The translations under genes were made by a program, and so were the position numbers. Source: Escherichia coli (GTDB lineage Bacteria > Pseudomonadota > Gammaproteobacteria > Enterobacterales > Enterobacteriaceae). Taken from it: a stretch of DNA of 64,000 bases. Below, piece after piece: positions 11,637 to 21,965 of the stretch. The notes beneath the pieces were generated by a model, which searched no databases, was not told where the DNA came from, and saw only the letters and a program-made list of their open reading frames with translations. Within the stretch, counting starts at the first letter, position 1. Every line of letters starts with the position of its first letter. The DNA is taken from assembly GCF_041886205.1 (NCBI RefSeq), contig NZ_CP169029.1; one strand, 5' to 3'.

Positions 11637-12155
11637 TTATAGCAGTAATTGCAGCAGCTGGGCGAGGGCAAACCTCACCGCTAAAGCTAATACCGTTTCG
11701 CAGTCGCCAGCAAAATGCATAACCGCAGTATAGGTCTGGCCTTTAATATGCCACGCGAACCAGACGGTACCCGCTGGCGTACCATCTTCACCGCCCTCCG
11801 GTCCGCCGTAGCCGGTAATGGCAATACTGACATCAGCATCCGCACGCTCTATGGCACCGGTTGCCATTTCTGCTGCCACTTTCTCACTCACCGCAGAATA
11901 TCGTTCAAGAGATTGCTGGCTTACGCTGAGGATTTTCATCTTTGCCTGATCGGTGAAAGTAACAAAGCCTGCACCGTAAAATTTGGGTGTATCTTCAGCT
12001 GCACACAGGGCGCTAGCCAACTTACCGCCGGTGCATGATTCGGCGGTAGTTAAGCGTAATTGATCCGCGATTAGTCTTTGACTCAACGCGGATGTCAGGT
12101 TTTCAATAGTGTCGGTATCTGCAAGTTGTACAATTTTATCGCTATTAATGTTCAC
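11637..12155 (-). CDS. ydeJ: CinA-like competence/damage-inducible domain protein (172 aa)
   Basis: ORF with CinA C-terminal domain character; conserved position next to dcp. Confidence 0.85.
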   Translation of the reverse strand: MNINSDKIVQLADTDTIENLTSALSQRLIADQLRLTTAESCTGGKLASALCAAEDTPKFYGAGFVTFTDQAKMKILSVSQQSLERYSAVSEKVAAEMATGAIERADADVSIAITGYGGPEGGEDGTPAGTVWFAWHIKGQTYTAVMHFAGDCETVLALAVRFALAQLLQLLL

Positions 12156-12430
12156 TGTTTTTTGTCCACGCTTTTATATGTAAAGGTGATTTGCTTTTTC
12201 TGTATGCTCGTCCAATATAATAATTTTCAAACATATAAATCCGATTATTCTGAAAATATATTTAAGACTATTTGATCTTCTTAACTTTAGTGAGTTAAAT
12301 TCTCTGAATATTTGACAGCTAGTTGCCTGATTTTAAATGCCTTATAACAATTGGCAGTATTCTTATTTGGCAATTATAAAAATAGCAACCAGACTTAATA
12401 AGTCAAACCAAACGCAATTAAGGAGTCAGT

Positions 12431-12823
12431 ATGAAATTTCAGGCCATTGTATTAGCAAGTTTTCTTGTCATGCCTTATGCGTTGGCAGATGACCAGGGCG
12501 GTTTAAAACAGGATGCAGCGCCACCGCCGCCTCATGCAATAGAAGATGGCTATCGCGGAACCGATGATGCAAAAAAAATGACCGTTGATTTCGCAAATAC
12601 CATGCACGATGGCGCTTCGGTTTCACTACGCGGTAATTTGATTTCTCACAAAGGAGAGGACCGTTACGTTTTTCGCGATAAGAGCGGTGAAATTAATGTC
12701 GTTATTCCTGCGGCCGTCTTTGATGGACGAGAAGTTCAGCCGGACCAGATGATCAACATTAGCGGCAGTCTGGATAAGAAAAGCGCGCCGGCCGTCGTTC
12801 GGGTCACTCATTTGCAGAAATAA
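12431..12823 (+). CDS. ydeI: YgiW/BOF-family periplasmic stress protein (130 aa)
   Basis: Signal peptide [19 protein letters not shown] then OB-fold family sequence; good RBS (AAGGAG). Confidence 0.85.
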   Translation: MKFQAIVLASFLVMPYALADDQGGLKQDAAPPPPHAIEDGYRGTDDAKKMTVDFANTMHDGASVSLRGNLISHKGEDRYVFRDKSGEINVVIPAAVFDGREVQPDQMINISGSLDKKSAPAVVRVTHLQK

Positions 12824-13077
12824 AAATAAATTAGCCTGATGGCCTGAACTACTGGGCCATTAGGGTATTGGGTTATGCTATTTGTCATCCTTTTATTTAC
12901 GATAATGCAGAGGTAATTTACAGAATTAAACACTTTTTTATCCGCTGATTTTGTTTTAAATCACAATGTTATCTCAGAGATGACTCATAACTTCGGATTT
13001 CTATGAAAATATTGACGTAATTTTGCTTTTCTCTCGTTAGAATAGCGCGCACAAGGAACTGTGAAAAAGGAGTGGCA

Positions 13078-13968
13078 ATGATCAAGAAGACAACGGAAAT
13101 TGATGCCATCTTGTTAAATCTCAATAAGGCTATCGATGCCCACTACCAGTGGCTGGTGAGTATGTTTCACAGCGTGGTCGCGAGAGATGCCAGTAAGCCA
13201 GAAATAACGGATAACCATTCTTATGGACTGTGCCAGTTTGGTCGGTGGATTGATCATCTGGGGCCACTCGATAACGATGAATTACCTTACGTTCGGCTAA
13301 TGGATTCTGCCCATCAACATATGCATAACTGTGGTCGGGAATTAATGCTGGCTATTGTTGAAAATCACTGGCAGGACGCGCATTTCGACGCCTTTCAGGA
13401 GGGGTTGCTTTCTTTTACTGCGGCATTAACCGATTACAAAATTTATTTGCTGACGATCCGTAGCAATATGGATGTTTTGACGGGATTGCCGGGGCGTCGG
13501 GTTCTTGATGAATCCTTTGATCATCAGTTACGCAACGCTGAGCCTCTGAATCTTTATTTAATGTTGTTGGATATTGACCGATTTAAATTGGTTAATGATA
13601 CCTACGGGCATTTAATCGGCGATGTAGTATTACGCACCCTGGCAACTTACTTAGCCAGTTGGACGCGTGATTACGAAACGGTTTATCGCTACGGGGGCGA
13701 AGAATTTATCATTATTGTCAAAGCGGCTAATGATGAAGAAGCATGTCGTGCAGGTGTCAGAATTTGCCAGTTAGTCGATAACCATGCCATCACGCATTCT
13801 GAAGGGCATATCAACATTACCGTGACAGCAGGTGTCAGTCGCGCATTTCCTGAAGAGCCTCTGGATGTGGTCATTGGAAGAGCAGACCGGGCAATGTATG
13901 AGGGTAAGCAAACCGGAAGAAATCGCTGCATGTTTATTGATGAACAAAATGTGATTAACCGAGTTTAA
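13078..13968 (+). CDS. dgcZ: Zinc-sensory diguanylate cyclase (CZB + GGDEF, 296 aa)
   Basis: C-terminal GGDEF domain with RYGGEEF active site; start at MIKKTTEID. Confidence 0.9.
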   Translation: MIKKTTEIDAILLNLNKAIDAHYQWLVSMFHSVVARDASKPEITDNHSYGLCQFGRWIDHLGPLDNDELPYVRLMDSAHQHMHNCGRELMLAIVENHWQDAHFDAFQEGLLSFTAALTDYKIYLLTIRSNMDVLTGLPGRRVLDESFDHQLRNAEPLNLYLMLLDIDRFKLVNDTYGHLIGDVVLRTLATYLASWTRDYETVYRYGGEEFIIIVKAANDEEACRAGVRICQLVDNHAITHSEGHINITVTAGVSRAFPEEPLDVVIGRADRAMYEGKQTGRNRCMFIDEQNVINRV

Positions 13969-14085
13969 GCTCCGTTTAACATTCATTGAGAAAACTGATG
14001 CTACTGTGTCAACGATCCGTTATCAGTGCAGGAAAATGCCTGTTAGCGTAAAAGCAAAACACAAATCTATCCATGCAAGCATTCA

Positions 14086-14111
14086 CCGCCGGTTTACTGG
14101 CGGTTTTTTTT
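14086..14111 (+). terminator. Rho-independent terminator downstream of dgcZ (CCGCCGG-ttta-CTGGCGG + T8)
   Basis: Stem-loop followed by eight T read directly. Confidence 0.55.
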
Positions 14112-14118
14112 CGCCGTC

Positions 14119-14159
14119 ATAAAAATCAGGCCCCTTGTACACAACTGTAACAAGGGGCC
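14119..14159 (-). terminator. Rho-independent terminator for mgtS (GGCCCCTTGT...ACAAGGGGCC, U-run on minus strand)
   Basis: 10-bp perfect stem then TGATTTTTAT on the minus strand. Confidence 0.55.
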
Positions 14160-14186
14160 GGTTAGGTGAGGGATTATCTCCGTTCA

Positions 14187-14282
14187 TTAGTCATCCCATT
14201 TGTGGCTGAAATACGCGGCCAGAAAACCAGAAAATAAAATTATTCCCAGTACGGCCATAAAAACATTCATATTACCCAGCAT
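14187..14282 (-). CDS. mgtS: Small membrane protein MgtS/YneM (31 aa: MLGNMNVFMAVLGIILFSGFLAAYFSHKWDD)
   Basis: Hand-translated; below the ORF-track length cutoff; GGAGG Shine-Dalgarno 6 nt upstream of the ATG; single predicted transmembrane helix; matches the known E. coli small protein. Confidence 0.8.
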   Translation of the reverse strand: MLGNMNVFMAVLGIILFSGFLAAYFSHKWDD

Positions 14283-14408
14283 TATTTGCCTCCGTTTATG
14301 GTGTGGTGTGTTTCCTCGCTTACCTTAATTTTCATCTCAATGAGAAAGATATTAGCAGAGGTAACCTAAACGAAGGCTGAATTAAATTTTTATTGTGTTC
14401 GACTTAAA

Positions 14409-15596
14409 TCAACAAAGCGCGGGCTGCCCCCACGGTTTTGCACGAATCCCTTTTAACATCAGCACCCACGCAGCAATGATCACCAACGCTAAGATGATAA
14501 ACAGCGAGGAAGGCGGCAGGCTGGTTAGCACTACGCCACTCACTAATGGGTTAATTGCAGCACCAAGCCAGCCTAAAGACTGGGCGGAAAAATAGCTGGC
14601 TTTCATTCCTGGCGGCGCAATATGGTCAATCAACATATACTCGCCCGGCGCATAAATGATTTCACCGACAGTAAATACCGCAGCTGACATACCCCACAAT
14701 AGCAGGCTGTTGCCGGAAAAAATAAAACCAACCAGACCGATGACGAAACAGAGGGTGCCTGCTGTCATCAGCGCGCGGATGTTAACCGGGTTAAGGCGGC
14801 GGCCCACGGAATATTGCAACGTAACTACCATGGCAGCATTAACCGGAAGAACAACCGCGACCACCTTTTCGGCAAAATCCCCATCAGCAATCACCATCAC
14901 ATATTGTGAAATGCATGAAGCAAATGCGCCGCTAACAAAGGAAGCCAGAAAACCAGAGCAGGTAAACCACAACAGTGCTTTATCTTGTAATAAAACTTTC
15001 GGCGACCAGACACTGCCTGTTTCCGTGGCGATGATTTTCTCGCTGCGCTTTACCCAAATTTGAATGAAAAGCATGGGAAACGCGGAACAGATAGCTGCCA
15101 GCCAAAAGGGCAGATTGATGCTCTGCATCACCAACAGCGTGCCGAGCGGCGGACCGATGGTCCAGCCAATGTTTAGCATGGTGTAGTTGATTGAGAAGAT
15201 TTTCGTTTTGCTGGTGGACGAAAGATTGTCGGCAAACCAGGCTTTCAACACGGTAGCAAAAACGGAATAGGCGCAGTTAATAAGGGCAAAAAAGAGCACC
15301 ACCAGCGTCACGTTATTCACTAAAGGAATGGCAATAAAACCGCTGGCGAAGGCGGTAATTGCCAGTAACATATAGCGTTTCTTGTCGAACTTATCCGCCA
15401 GGATACCAAAACCGAGGCTAAAAACGACGCCAATAGTGAGCGCAATTGTCATCGCATAACCGATTAGATCGACACTCAGGCTGTACTGGCGACTCAAGTA
15501 AATGGTCATAAATGGCAGCGTAGCGCCGCGTCCGATGGTTAATAACAACGACGAGGCAAGAAGGGCGCTGGTAGAGCGTCGTAGGGATAAGTTCAT
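14409..15596 (-). CDS. ydeE: MFS transporter (395 aa)
   Basis: 12-TM MFS-type ORF; conserved position. Confidence 0.9.
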   Translation of the reverse strand: MNLSLRRSTSALLASSLLLTIGRGATLPFMTIYLSRQYSLSVDLIGYAMTIALTIGVVFSLGFGILADKFDKKRYMLLAITAFASGFIAIPLVNNVTLVVLFFALINCAYSVFATVLKAWFADNLSSTSKTKIFSINYTMLNIGWTIGPPLGTLLVMQSINLPFWLAAICSAFPMLFIQIWVKRSEKIIATETGSVWSPKVLLQDKALLWFTCSGFLASFVSGAFASCISQYVMVIADGDFAEKVVAVVLPVNAAMVVTLQYSVGRRLNPVNIRALMTAGTLCFVIGLVGFIFSGNSLLLWGMSAAVFTVGEIIYAPGEYMLIDHIAPPGMKASYFSAQSLGWLGAAINPLVSGVVLTSLPPSSLFIILALVIIAAWVLMLKGIRAKPWGQPALC

Positions 15597-15790
15597 TTGT
15601 CTGTCCGGCAGTGCGTTTCGTTATGTTTTGTTTTAGAGATGTAAAGAAATAGCATGGCAAAAATCCGAAGTATAGCGACTTATTTGCGCATTAATGCCGT
15701 CGTAACCGGCGACTAACGAATCAACTGTTAAAGAAAAGTAAATTCAGCTAAGTTGATTGCTTACAAAAGATGAAATTCAGAGGCGGTAGA

Positions 15791-16690
15791 ATGTCGCGAA
15801 AAGATGGGGTGTTGGCGCTACTGGTAGTGGTCGTATGGGGGCTAAATTTTGTGGTCATCAAAGTGGGGCTTCATAACATGCCACCGCTGATGCTGGCCGG
15901 TTTGCGCTTTATGCTGGTCGCTTTTCCGGCTATCTTTTTTGTCGCACGACCGAAAGTACCACTGAATTTGCTGCTGGGGTATGGATTAACCATCAGTTTT
16001 GCGCAGTTTGCCTTTCTGTTCTGCGCCATTAATTTTGGTATGCCTGCTGGACTGGCTTCGCTGGTGTTACAGGCACAGGCGTTTTTTACTATCGTGCTTG
16101 GCGCGTTTACTTTCGGGGAGCGCCTGCATGGCAAACAATTGGCGGGGATCGCCTTAGCGATTTTTAGCGTACTGGTGTTAATCGAAGATAGTCTGAACGG
16201 TCAGCATGTGGCGATGCTCGGCTTTATGTTGACCCTGGCGGCAGCATTTAGTTGGGCGTGTGGCAACATCTTCAATAAAAAGATCATGTCGCACTCAACG
16301 CGTCCGGCGGTGATGTCGCTGGTAATCTGGAGCGCATTAATCCCAATCATTCCCTTCTTTGTTGCCTCGCTGATTCTCGATGGTTCCGCAACCATGATTC
16401 ACAGTCTGGTTACTATCGATATGACCACCATTTTGTCTCTGATGTATCTGGCGTTTGTGGCGACAATTGTTGGTTATGGGATCTGGGGAACACTACTTGG
16501 ACGCTATGAAACCTGGCGGGTTGCACCGTTATCGTTACTGGTGCCCGTAGTCGGACTGGCAAGTGCGGCACTATTGTTGGATGAACGCTTAACGGGTCTA
16601 CAATTTTTCGGTGCGGTGCTCATTATGACCGGGCTGTATATCAATGTATTTGGCTTGCGGTGGCGTAAAGCGGTAAAGGTGGGAAGTTAA
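15791..16690 (+). CDS. eamA: Cysteine/O-acetylserine exporter, EamA/DMT family (299 aa)
   Basis: Start at ATG 15791 (MSRKDGVLALLVV); duplicated EamA domains. Confidence 0.9.
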   Translation: MSRKDGVLALLVVVVWGLNFVVIKVGLHNMPPLMLAGLRFMLVAFPAIFFVARPKVPLNLLLGYGLTISFAQFAFLFCAINFGMPAGLASLVLQAQAFFTIVLGAFTFGERLHGKQLAGIALAIFSVLVLIEDSLNGQHVAMLGFMLTLAAAFSWACGNIFNKKIMSHSTRPAVMSLVIWSALIPIIPFFVASLILDGSATMIHSLVTIDMTTILSLMYLAFVATIVGYGIWGTLLGRYETWRVAPLSLLVPVVGLASAALLLDERLTGLQFFGAVLIMTGLYINVFGLRWRKAVKVGS

Positions 16691-16720
16691 TAAGCCCCGA
16701 GATGTCGGGGCCAGAACAAA

Positions 16721-16939
16721 CTACATAGCGTGTTGATTATAATAGGGCACGCCGAGCGCATCCGACTTATCACTGCCAGTACCCATGTGATTTAAATCAA
16801 ACGGTGGTTGTTCCTGCGATGGGGGAACAACCACGACATTGGCACAAGAAGTAACAACTGGCTGCGTGGTTTGTTCCGCAACGCCCTGCGCGGAAAAGAG
16901 AATAAGCGCAGCTGCTATTGCGGATAAAAGTGGTTTCAT
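16721..16939 (-). CDS. marB: MarB periplasmic protein (72 aa)
   Basis: Signal peptide MKPLLSAIAAALILFSAQGVA; last gene of marRAB. Confidence 0.9.
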   Translation of the reverse strand: MKPLLSAIAAALILFSAQGVAEQTTQPVVTSCANVVVVPPSQEQPPFDLNHMGTGSDKSDALGVPYYNQHAM

Positions 16940-16970
16940 GATTGCCTCAGTGACGTTGTCACGTTATCAA

Positions 16971-17354
16971 CTAGCTGTTGTAATGATTTAATGGATGTAA
17001 AAAGCGCGATTCGCCCTGCATATTGGTCATCCGGTATTTATGCGGCGGAACATCAAAGTAATTTTTGAAGGTTCGGGTCAGAGTTTGTTGCGACTCGAAG
17101 CCATATCGTTCTGCCAGATAGAGTATCGGCTCGTTACTTTCCTTCAGCTTTTGCGCGATTTCCGTCATCTTACGGCTGCGGATGTATTGGCCTAATGAAT
17201 GACCGGTTTCTTTTTTAAACATCCGTTGCAGGTGCCATTTGGAGTAACCCGAACGCTCTGACACTTTCTCCAGTGACAGTGGCGATTCCAGGTTGTCCTC
17301 GATCCAGTCCAAAATGCTATGAATGGTAATAGCGTCAGTATTGCGTCTGGACAT
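16971..17354 (-). CDS. marA: MarA AraC/XylS-family activator (127 aa)
   Basis: [51 protein letters not shown]... reads as MarA; ORF-track upstream extension rejected. Confidence 0.95.
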
Positions 17355-17373
17355 CGTCATACCTCTTTTTTGT

Positions 17374-17808
17374 TTACGGCAGGACTTTCTTAAGCAAATG
17401 CTCAAGTGTTGCCACTTCGTCCGCCGTCAGGTTTTTTGTTAATTCTTGATGCAGGTCCTGGCCAACTAATTGATGGCATTGTTCGCATATTGCCGCGCCG
17501 CTGGTGGTAAGTTTTACCAGTACGCCGCGCTTATCATTCGGGTTCGGCAACCGTTCAACCCAGCCTTTACAGACCAGGCGATCCAGCATACGGGTCAGTG
17601 CTCCCAGGTCGACCGACAACACTTTTTTCAGTTCAACCGGAGTAATACACGCCGCGCAGCGGATAGAGCAGAGCACCTTAAACTGTGCCGCAGTAATATC
17701 CAGCGGAGACAGATACTCGTTAAGCAGACGATCTTTCTTCTGATTAACCATATGGATTAAGCGACCCAATGGAATAATTTCATTGAACAGATCGCTGGTA
17801 CTTTTCAC
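17374..17808 (-). CDS. marR: MarR repressor (144 aa, GTG start)
   Basis: [49 protein letters not shown]...; start codon CAC on plus = GTG. Confidence 0.95.
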
Positions 17809-17925
17809 ATTAGTTGCCCTGGCAAGTAATTAGTTGCAGGGGATAATATTGCCCAGGCAAGTATAAGTCAAATGAATGAATGACCGATGCCACGTTTTGC
17901 TAAATCGGTTCAAGTTTTGGTCAAT
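17809..17925 (-). promoter_or_regulatory. marO: marRAB promoter with MarR operator sites (TACTTGCCTGGGCAA / TACTTGCCAGGGCAA) and marbox (GATTTAGCAAAACGTGGCATCGGTCA)
   Basis: Reverse complement of 17809-17925 reads TTGACTTATACTTGCCTGGGCAATATTATCCCCTGCAACTAATTACTTGCCAGGGCAAC and, upstream, the marbox sequence. Confidence 0.85.
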
Positions 17926-18027
17926 GCGATGCAAGGCAATGATACTAATCTGTATGGGAACGGAAAATATAATCTTTGCGTTATTATAACTGATAAGTTA
18001 TATTCAAGTATAAACAGGGGGGAAGCT

Positions 18028-18348
18028 ATGTATGAGCTACTATTTCACCCCGAAGCGGAAAGCGAAATTTATGACCTCGAACCTATTATGCAAGCAAAGG
18101 TACTTAAGGGACTAGAAAAGCTGGAAGCGAAAGGGCCGGAACTCCGCTATCCAGATACAGGCATTATCCAGGATGGTTTGTTTGAGTTGCGCGTAGGAAG
18201 AAAAGACATTTCAAGAACATTTTTTGCTTACGCTAAAGGTCGAAAGATCTATATTTTAAGAACGTTTATTAAGAAGACCCCTAAGACTCCGAAGGCCGAA
18301 ATTGCTCTGGCGACGTCAAGATGGGAGGAACTGAAAGATGGCTGTTAA
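18028..18348 (+). CDS. Type II toxin, RelE/ParE superfamily (Gp49/HigB-like, 106 aa)
   Basis: ATG at 18028 preceded by AGGGGGGAAG Shine-Dalgarno; about 106 aa basic protein (MYELLFHPEAESEIYDLEP...RTFIKKTPKTPKAEIALA...); 11-nt overlap with the downstream HTH gene. Confidence 0.8.
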   Translation: MYELLFHPEAESEIYDLEPIMQAKVLKGLEKLEAKGPELRYPDTGIIQDGLFELRVGRKDISRTFFAYAKGRKIYILRTFIKKTPKTPKAEIALATSRWEELKDGC

Positions 18349-18622
18349 AGGTATCAAGTTTTCTGAAGTCAAAGCAAAAGCACTTGCCAATCCTGACGTT
18401 AAAAAGGCTTACGATGAAGCCACGCAGGAAGAAGAACTCCGTGCAGTCCTCATTGAAATGAAGAAGAGAGCCGGATTAACCAGCACCGAGATTGCAGCTC
18501 GCATGGGAGTTAGCCAACCAGCTGTCAGCCGTCTTGAGAGGAATGTATCAAGTGCCAGCCTTACAACGTTACAACGTTATGCTGCAGCTTGTGGTATGCA
18601 CATTAAGTTGTCTCTTCAATAA
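18338..18622 (+). CDS. XRE-family HTH antitoxin (HigA-like, 94 aa)
   Basis: HTH LTSTEIAARMGVSQPAVSRLERN; translationally coupled to the upstream toxin. Confidence 0.8.
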   Translation: MAVKGIKFSEVKAKALANPDVKKAYDEATQEEELRAVLIEMKKRAGLTSTEIAARMGVSQPAVSRLERNVSSASLTTLQRYAAACGMHIKLSLQ

Positions 18623-18742
18623 AATCGACACACTCGGATAGCTACCAGCCACAGGTCTGGAGTCGACTCTCAGCGAACCCAGACCTTTTCATTTCGAACA
18701 ACACAATTGCCTTAATTGAGGCATACAGGATAACAACCACCA

Positions 18743-19408
18743 ATGTTAGATTTGTTTAAAGCAATTGGCCTGGGGCTGGTGGTGTTGCTGCCGTTAGCTA
18801 ACCCATTAACAACTGTCGCGCTATTTCTTGGTCTGGCAGGCAACATGAACAGTGCTGAACGTAATCGTCAGTCGTTGATGGCCTCGGTGTACGTATTTGC
18901 CATCATGATGGTGGCGTATTACGCCGGGCAACTGGTGATGGATACATTTGGCATTTCGATTCCCGGTCTGCGAATTGCAGGCGGCTTAATCGTCGCGTTT
19001 ATCGGTTTTCGGATGCTCTTTCCGCAACAGAAAGCGATTGATTCACCGGAGGCGAAAAGCAAGTCGGAAGAGCTGGAAGATGAACCCAGTGCCAATATTG
19101 CTTTTGTACCACTGGCAATGCCAAGTACCGCCGGTCCGGGAACCATTGCGATGATTATTAGCTCGGCGTCCACAGTGCGTCAGAGTTCAACCTTCGCTGA
19201 TTGGGTACTGATGGTTGCGCCGCCGCTGATCTTTTTCCTGGTGGCGGTTATTTTGTGGGGAAGTCTACGCAGCTCTGGCGCAATTATGCGGCTGGTGGGC
19301 AAGGGTGGCATTGAAGCGATCTCCCGCCTGATGGGGTTCCTGCTGGTATGTATGGGTGTGCAGTTTATTATTAACGGCATCCTGGAAATCATTAAAACGT
19401 ACCATTAA
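18743..19408 (+). CDS. marC: MarC/UPF0056 inner membrane protein (221 aa)
   Basis: [33 protein letters not shown]...; multi-TM. Confidence 0.9.
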   Translation: MLDLFKAIGLGLVVLLPLANPLTTVALFLGLAGNMNSAERNRQSLMASVYVFAIMMVAYYAGQLVMDTFGISIPGLRIAGGLIVAFIGFRMLFPQQKAIDSPEAKSKSEELEDEPSANIAFVPLAMPSTAGPGTIAMIISSASTVRQSSTFADWVLMVAPPLIFFLVAVILWGSLRSSGAIMRLVGKGGIEAISRLMGFLLVCMGVQFIINGILEIIKTYH

Positions 19409-19429
19409 AAAAGGCCCGAATGGGCCTTT
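19407..19429. terminator. Bidirectional hairpin terminator between marC and sotB (AAAGGCCC-gaat-GGGCCTTT)
   Basis: Perfect 8-bp GC-rich stem flanked by A/T runs on both strands. Confidence 0.6.
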
Positions 19430-19432
19430 CAA

Positions 19433-20623
19433 CTATTGCGTCTGTTCTTCGAGTGTCACTGGCCAGCGGCGAAATATAATGATTGACCATATTAACGCGG
19501 CAAAAGCAGGCACCGCGCCCACATAACCAATCATCGACATTGACCAGTGCAAACTCACCTGATTACCTACCAACGCACCCGCCCCGATTCCAATATTAAA
19601 TATCCCGGAGAATAGCGCCATCGCGACGTCGGTTGCATCTGGTGCCAGCGCCAGCACTTTAACCTGCATACCAAGCCCGATGATCATCATGGCGATCCCC
19701 CAGAAAATACTCAGCACCCCGAGGTGTATTTCACTGTTCGCCGCAGGTAGCAGCAGTGCCAGGCACACCAGCAACAGCGCAATCGCCGTACTTACCAACG
19801 CAGACGCATACTGATTACCCAGTTTACCGAAAATTACGCTGCCAATAATGCCCGCACCACCGAGTAATAACAGTAATGCCGTGGCAAAGTTGGCGCTGAA
19901 TCCCGCAATGTTTTGCACAAAAGGCTCGATATAGCTGTATGCCGTGTAATGGGCGGTGACAACCACCACAGTTAACAAATAAATGCTCATCAATGCCGGG
20001 CGGCGGAACAATAGCGGGAGGCTTTTCAATGAACCGGAATGCTCACTGGGCAGTAAGGGAAGTAACTTAATCAGGCACAAAAGGGTGATAAGCGCCCCTA
20101 TACCAATCGCGAAGAAGGTCATTCGCCAACCGAAATACTGCCCCACAATGCGCCCGAGAGGTAAACCTAAGACCATCGCCAGTGCTGTACCGGTGGCAAT
20201 TAAACTCAAGGCCTGTGCCCGCTTCCCGGCCGGAGCCATACGGATCGCCAGAGACGCCGTAATCGACCAGAAAATCGCATGTGCAAAAGCCACACCAATG
20301 CGACTGATCACCAGAACGGTAAAGCTCCACGATAAAAACGACAGTACGTGGCTGGCAATAAACACCACAAACAGGCAGATCAGTAATTTGCGCCGTTCAA
20401 CCTGACTGGTCATTAACATAAAAGGCAATGACATTAGCGCTACTACCCATGCGTAAATGGTCAACATAATGCCGACCTGAGCGGTTTGCATGTGAAAACT
20501 TTGCGCAATGTCAGAGAGCAGGCCAACAGGGACAAATTCGGTGGTGTTGAAGATGAAGGCGGCGACTGCCAGCGTAACGACCCGTAGCCACGCCACTTTG
20601 CGGGAAACAGTGTTTGTTGTCAT
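19433..20623 (-). CDS. sotB: MFS sugar efflux transporter (396 aa)
   Basis: 12-[44 protein letters not shown]... Confidence 0.9.
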
Positions 20624-20772
20624 AACAGATTATCGGGTGAGTTGCGAAAAAGTGATGAAATGATCTTAAAACGGTTAATGATGTGAATACAATGCATTTG
20701 TGATCTGGATCGCGTTTTCCGTTTCTCTGATGCTGATTCTGTTCCGCGTCAGAGAGTCGGTAACATCACGGT

Positions 20773-21888
20773 TTAATGACGTTCAGGGAGGTCTGGCGTT
20801 TTGGCGGTTGCGGGTATAGTTGGTCTGACAGGGGAGCGAGGCCTGTTTTTCACCAGGTCTTCGTGAGTAACTTTTGGCGGTGTTTCATTTTTTACAAACA
20901 GTTTGAGGGTCCTGCGCGCCATATGTTTGATAATTTTATCATCACTTAATGATGCTGGCATCAACACGTCATTCAAATCACTTTCATTGGGATTCATAAA
21001 TTGGTGATAGTGCAATAACATATTGGCGAAAAATAAAAACAAGTTCTGAAAATGAGGAGATTCTTGTTCTGCTAAAAGGGATAAAAAGCAGATGCAGACT
21101 TCGGGTAGTACATGTTTGTTAGAACCTAATGAATCCATCAGGCTTTGCAACAAATCCTCTTTTAATTCGCTGTCCGTTATGTCGAGAATGGCGGTGATCA
21201 AGTTAGGATCTTTATTGACGAACCATCTGTGAACCTCAGAGTCATTCCATAATCGGGGGAGTATGACAAAATTACCGCGAGAGATAAAATTCAGGACAAG
21301 CAAATCAAACTGGCGTAAGTAATCTGCAGCGGTATGGTGATCCGGAGGCAGGGGTTCAATATGTGGTGTATGCGCTCTTTTGATGGGAACACCAGGGTTG
21401 ATCATTGGAAATTGTTCAATAAAATCATTCAGAAACAGAAAGAGTACACGCTCGACGCCGGTCTGAAATACGCGCCCCATAGTGACAGGCTTTGGGTTGG
21501 GAGCGCAAAAAATATTAATTTCTCCATCATGGCGAAAATTATCTAAATAAATAGGGCTTAAATTTATTACTACCTGAAATTCAATATTTTCTTTGTGTCT
21601 TCCATTCCTGGCGGGATAAGTGAGTTTAAACTGAACCTTTTCATTGTATAGCGTGTCGTTACCCCGAAAAGAAGTCCTCTGAATATATGATAAGTTGTCA
21701 AGGTTATTAAATATCTTTTTTGTGACTGAGTTGATGTTTAAAGACGTGCGCCACTCTTCATCACATATTATTGTACTAAGTGCATCAATAAAATCCTTTA
21801 AAGCTTCTTTTACCTGAGGTGCAATATTACGTACGGGAAAATCATCAGGAAGAGATATGTAATTGCTGATGCTTACTGGCGTAACCAT
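20773..21888 (-). CDS. yneK: Conserved hypothetical protein (371 aa)
   Basis: Long ORF with lower GC than neighbours; no recognisable domain. Confidence 0.8.
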   Translation of the reverse strand: MVTPVSISNYISLPDDFPVRNIAPQVKEALKDFIDALSTIICDEEWRTSLNINSVTKKIFNNLDNLSYIQRTSFRGNDTLYNEKVQFKLTYPARNGRHKENIEFQVVINLSPIYLDNFRHDGEINIFCAPNPKPVTMGRVFQTGVERVLFLFLNDFIEQFPMINPGVPIKRAHTPHIEPLPPDHHTAADYLRQFDLLVLNFISRGNFVILPRLWNDSEVHRWFVNKDPNLITAILDITDSELKEDLLQSLMDSLGSNKHVLPEVCICFLSLLAEQESPHFQNLFLFFANMLLHYHQFMNPNESDLNDVLMPASLSDDKIIKHMARRTLKLFVKNETPPKVTHEDLVKNRPRSPVRPTIPATAKTPDLPERH

Positions 21889-21965
21889 ATTTGCCCCATA
21901 TAGTCATAAGTCATCGGAACATCACTATATAGAGCATATTAGCCGCAAGAACTATCAAAAATAGC

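Noticed and set aside
17887-18027. 47-codon N-terminal extension of the toxin ORF (ORF-track start at 17887)
   Set aside because: It would start inside the mar regulatory region with no RBS; the internal ATG at 18028 has a strong Shine-Dalgarno and gives a typical 106-aa RelE/ParE-size protein.
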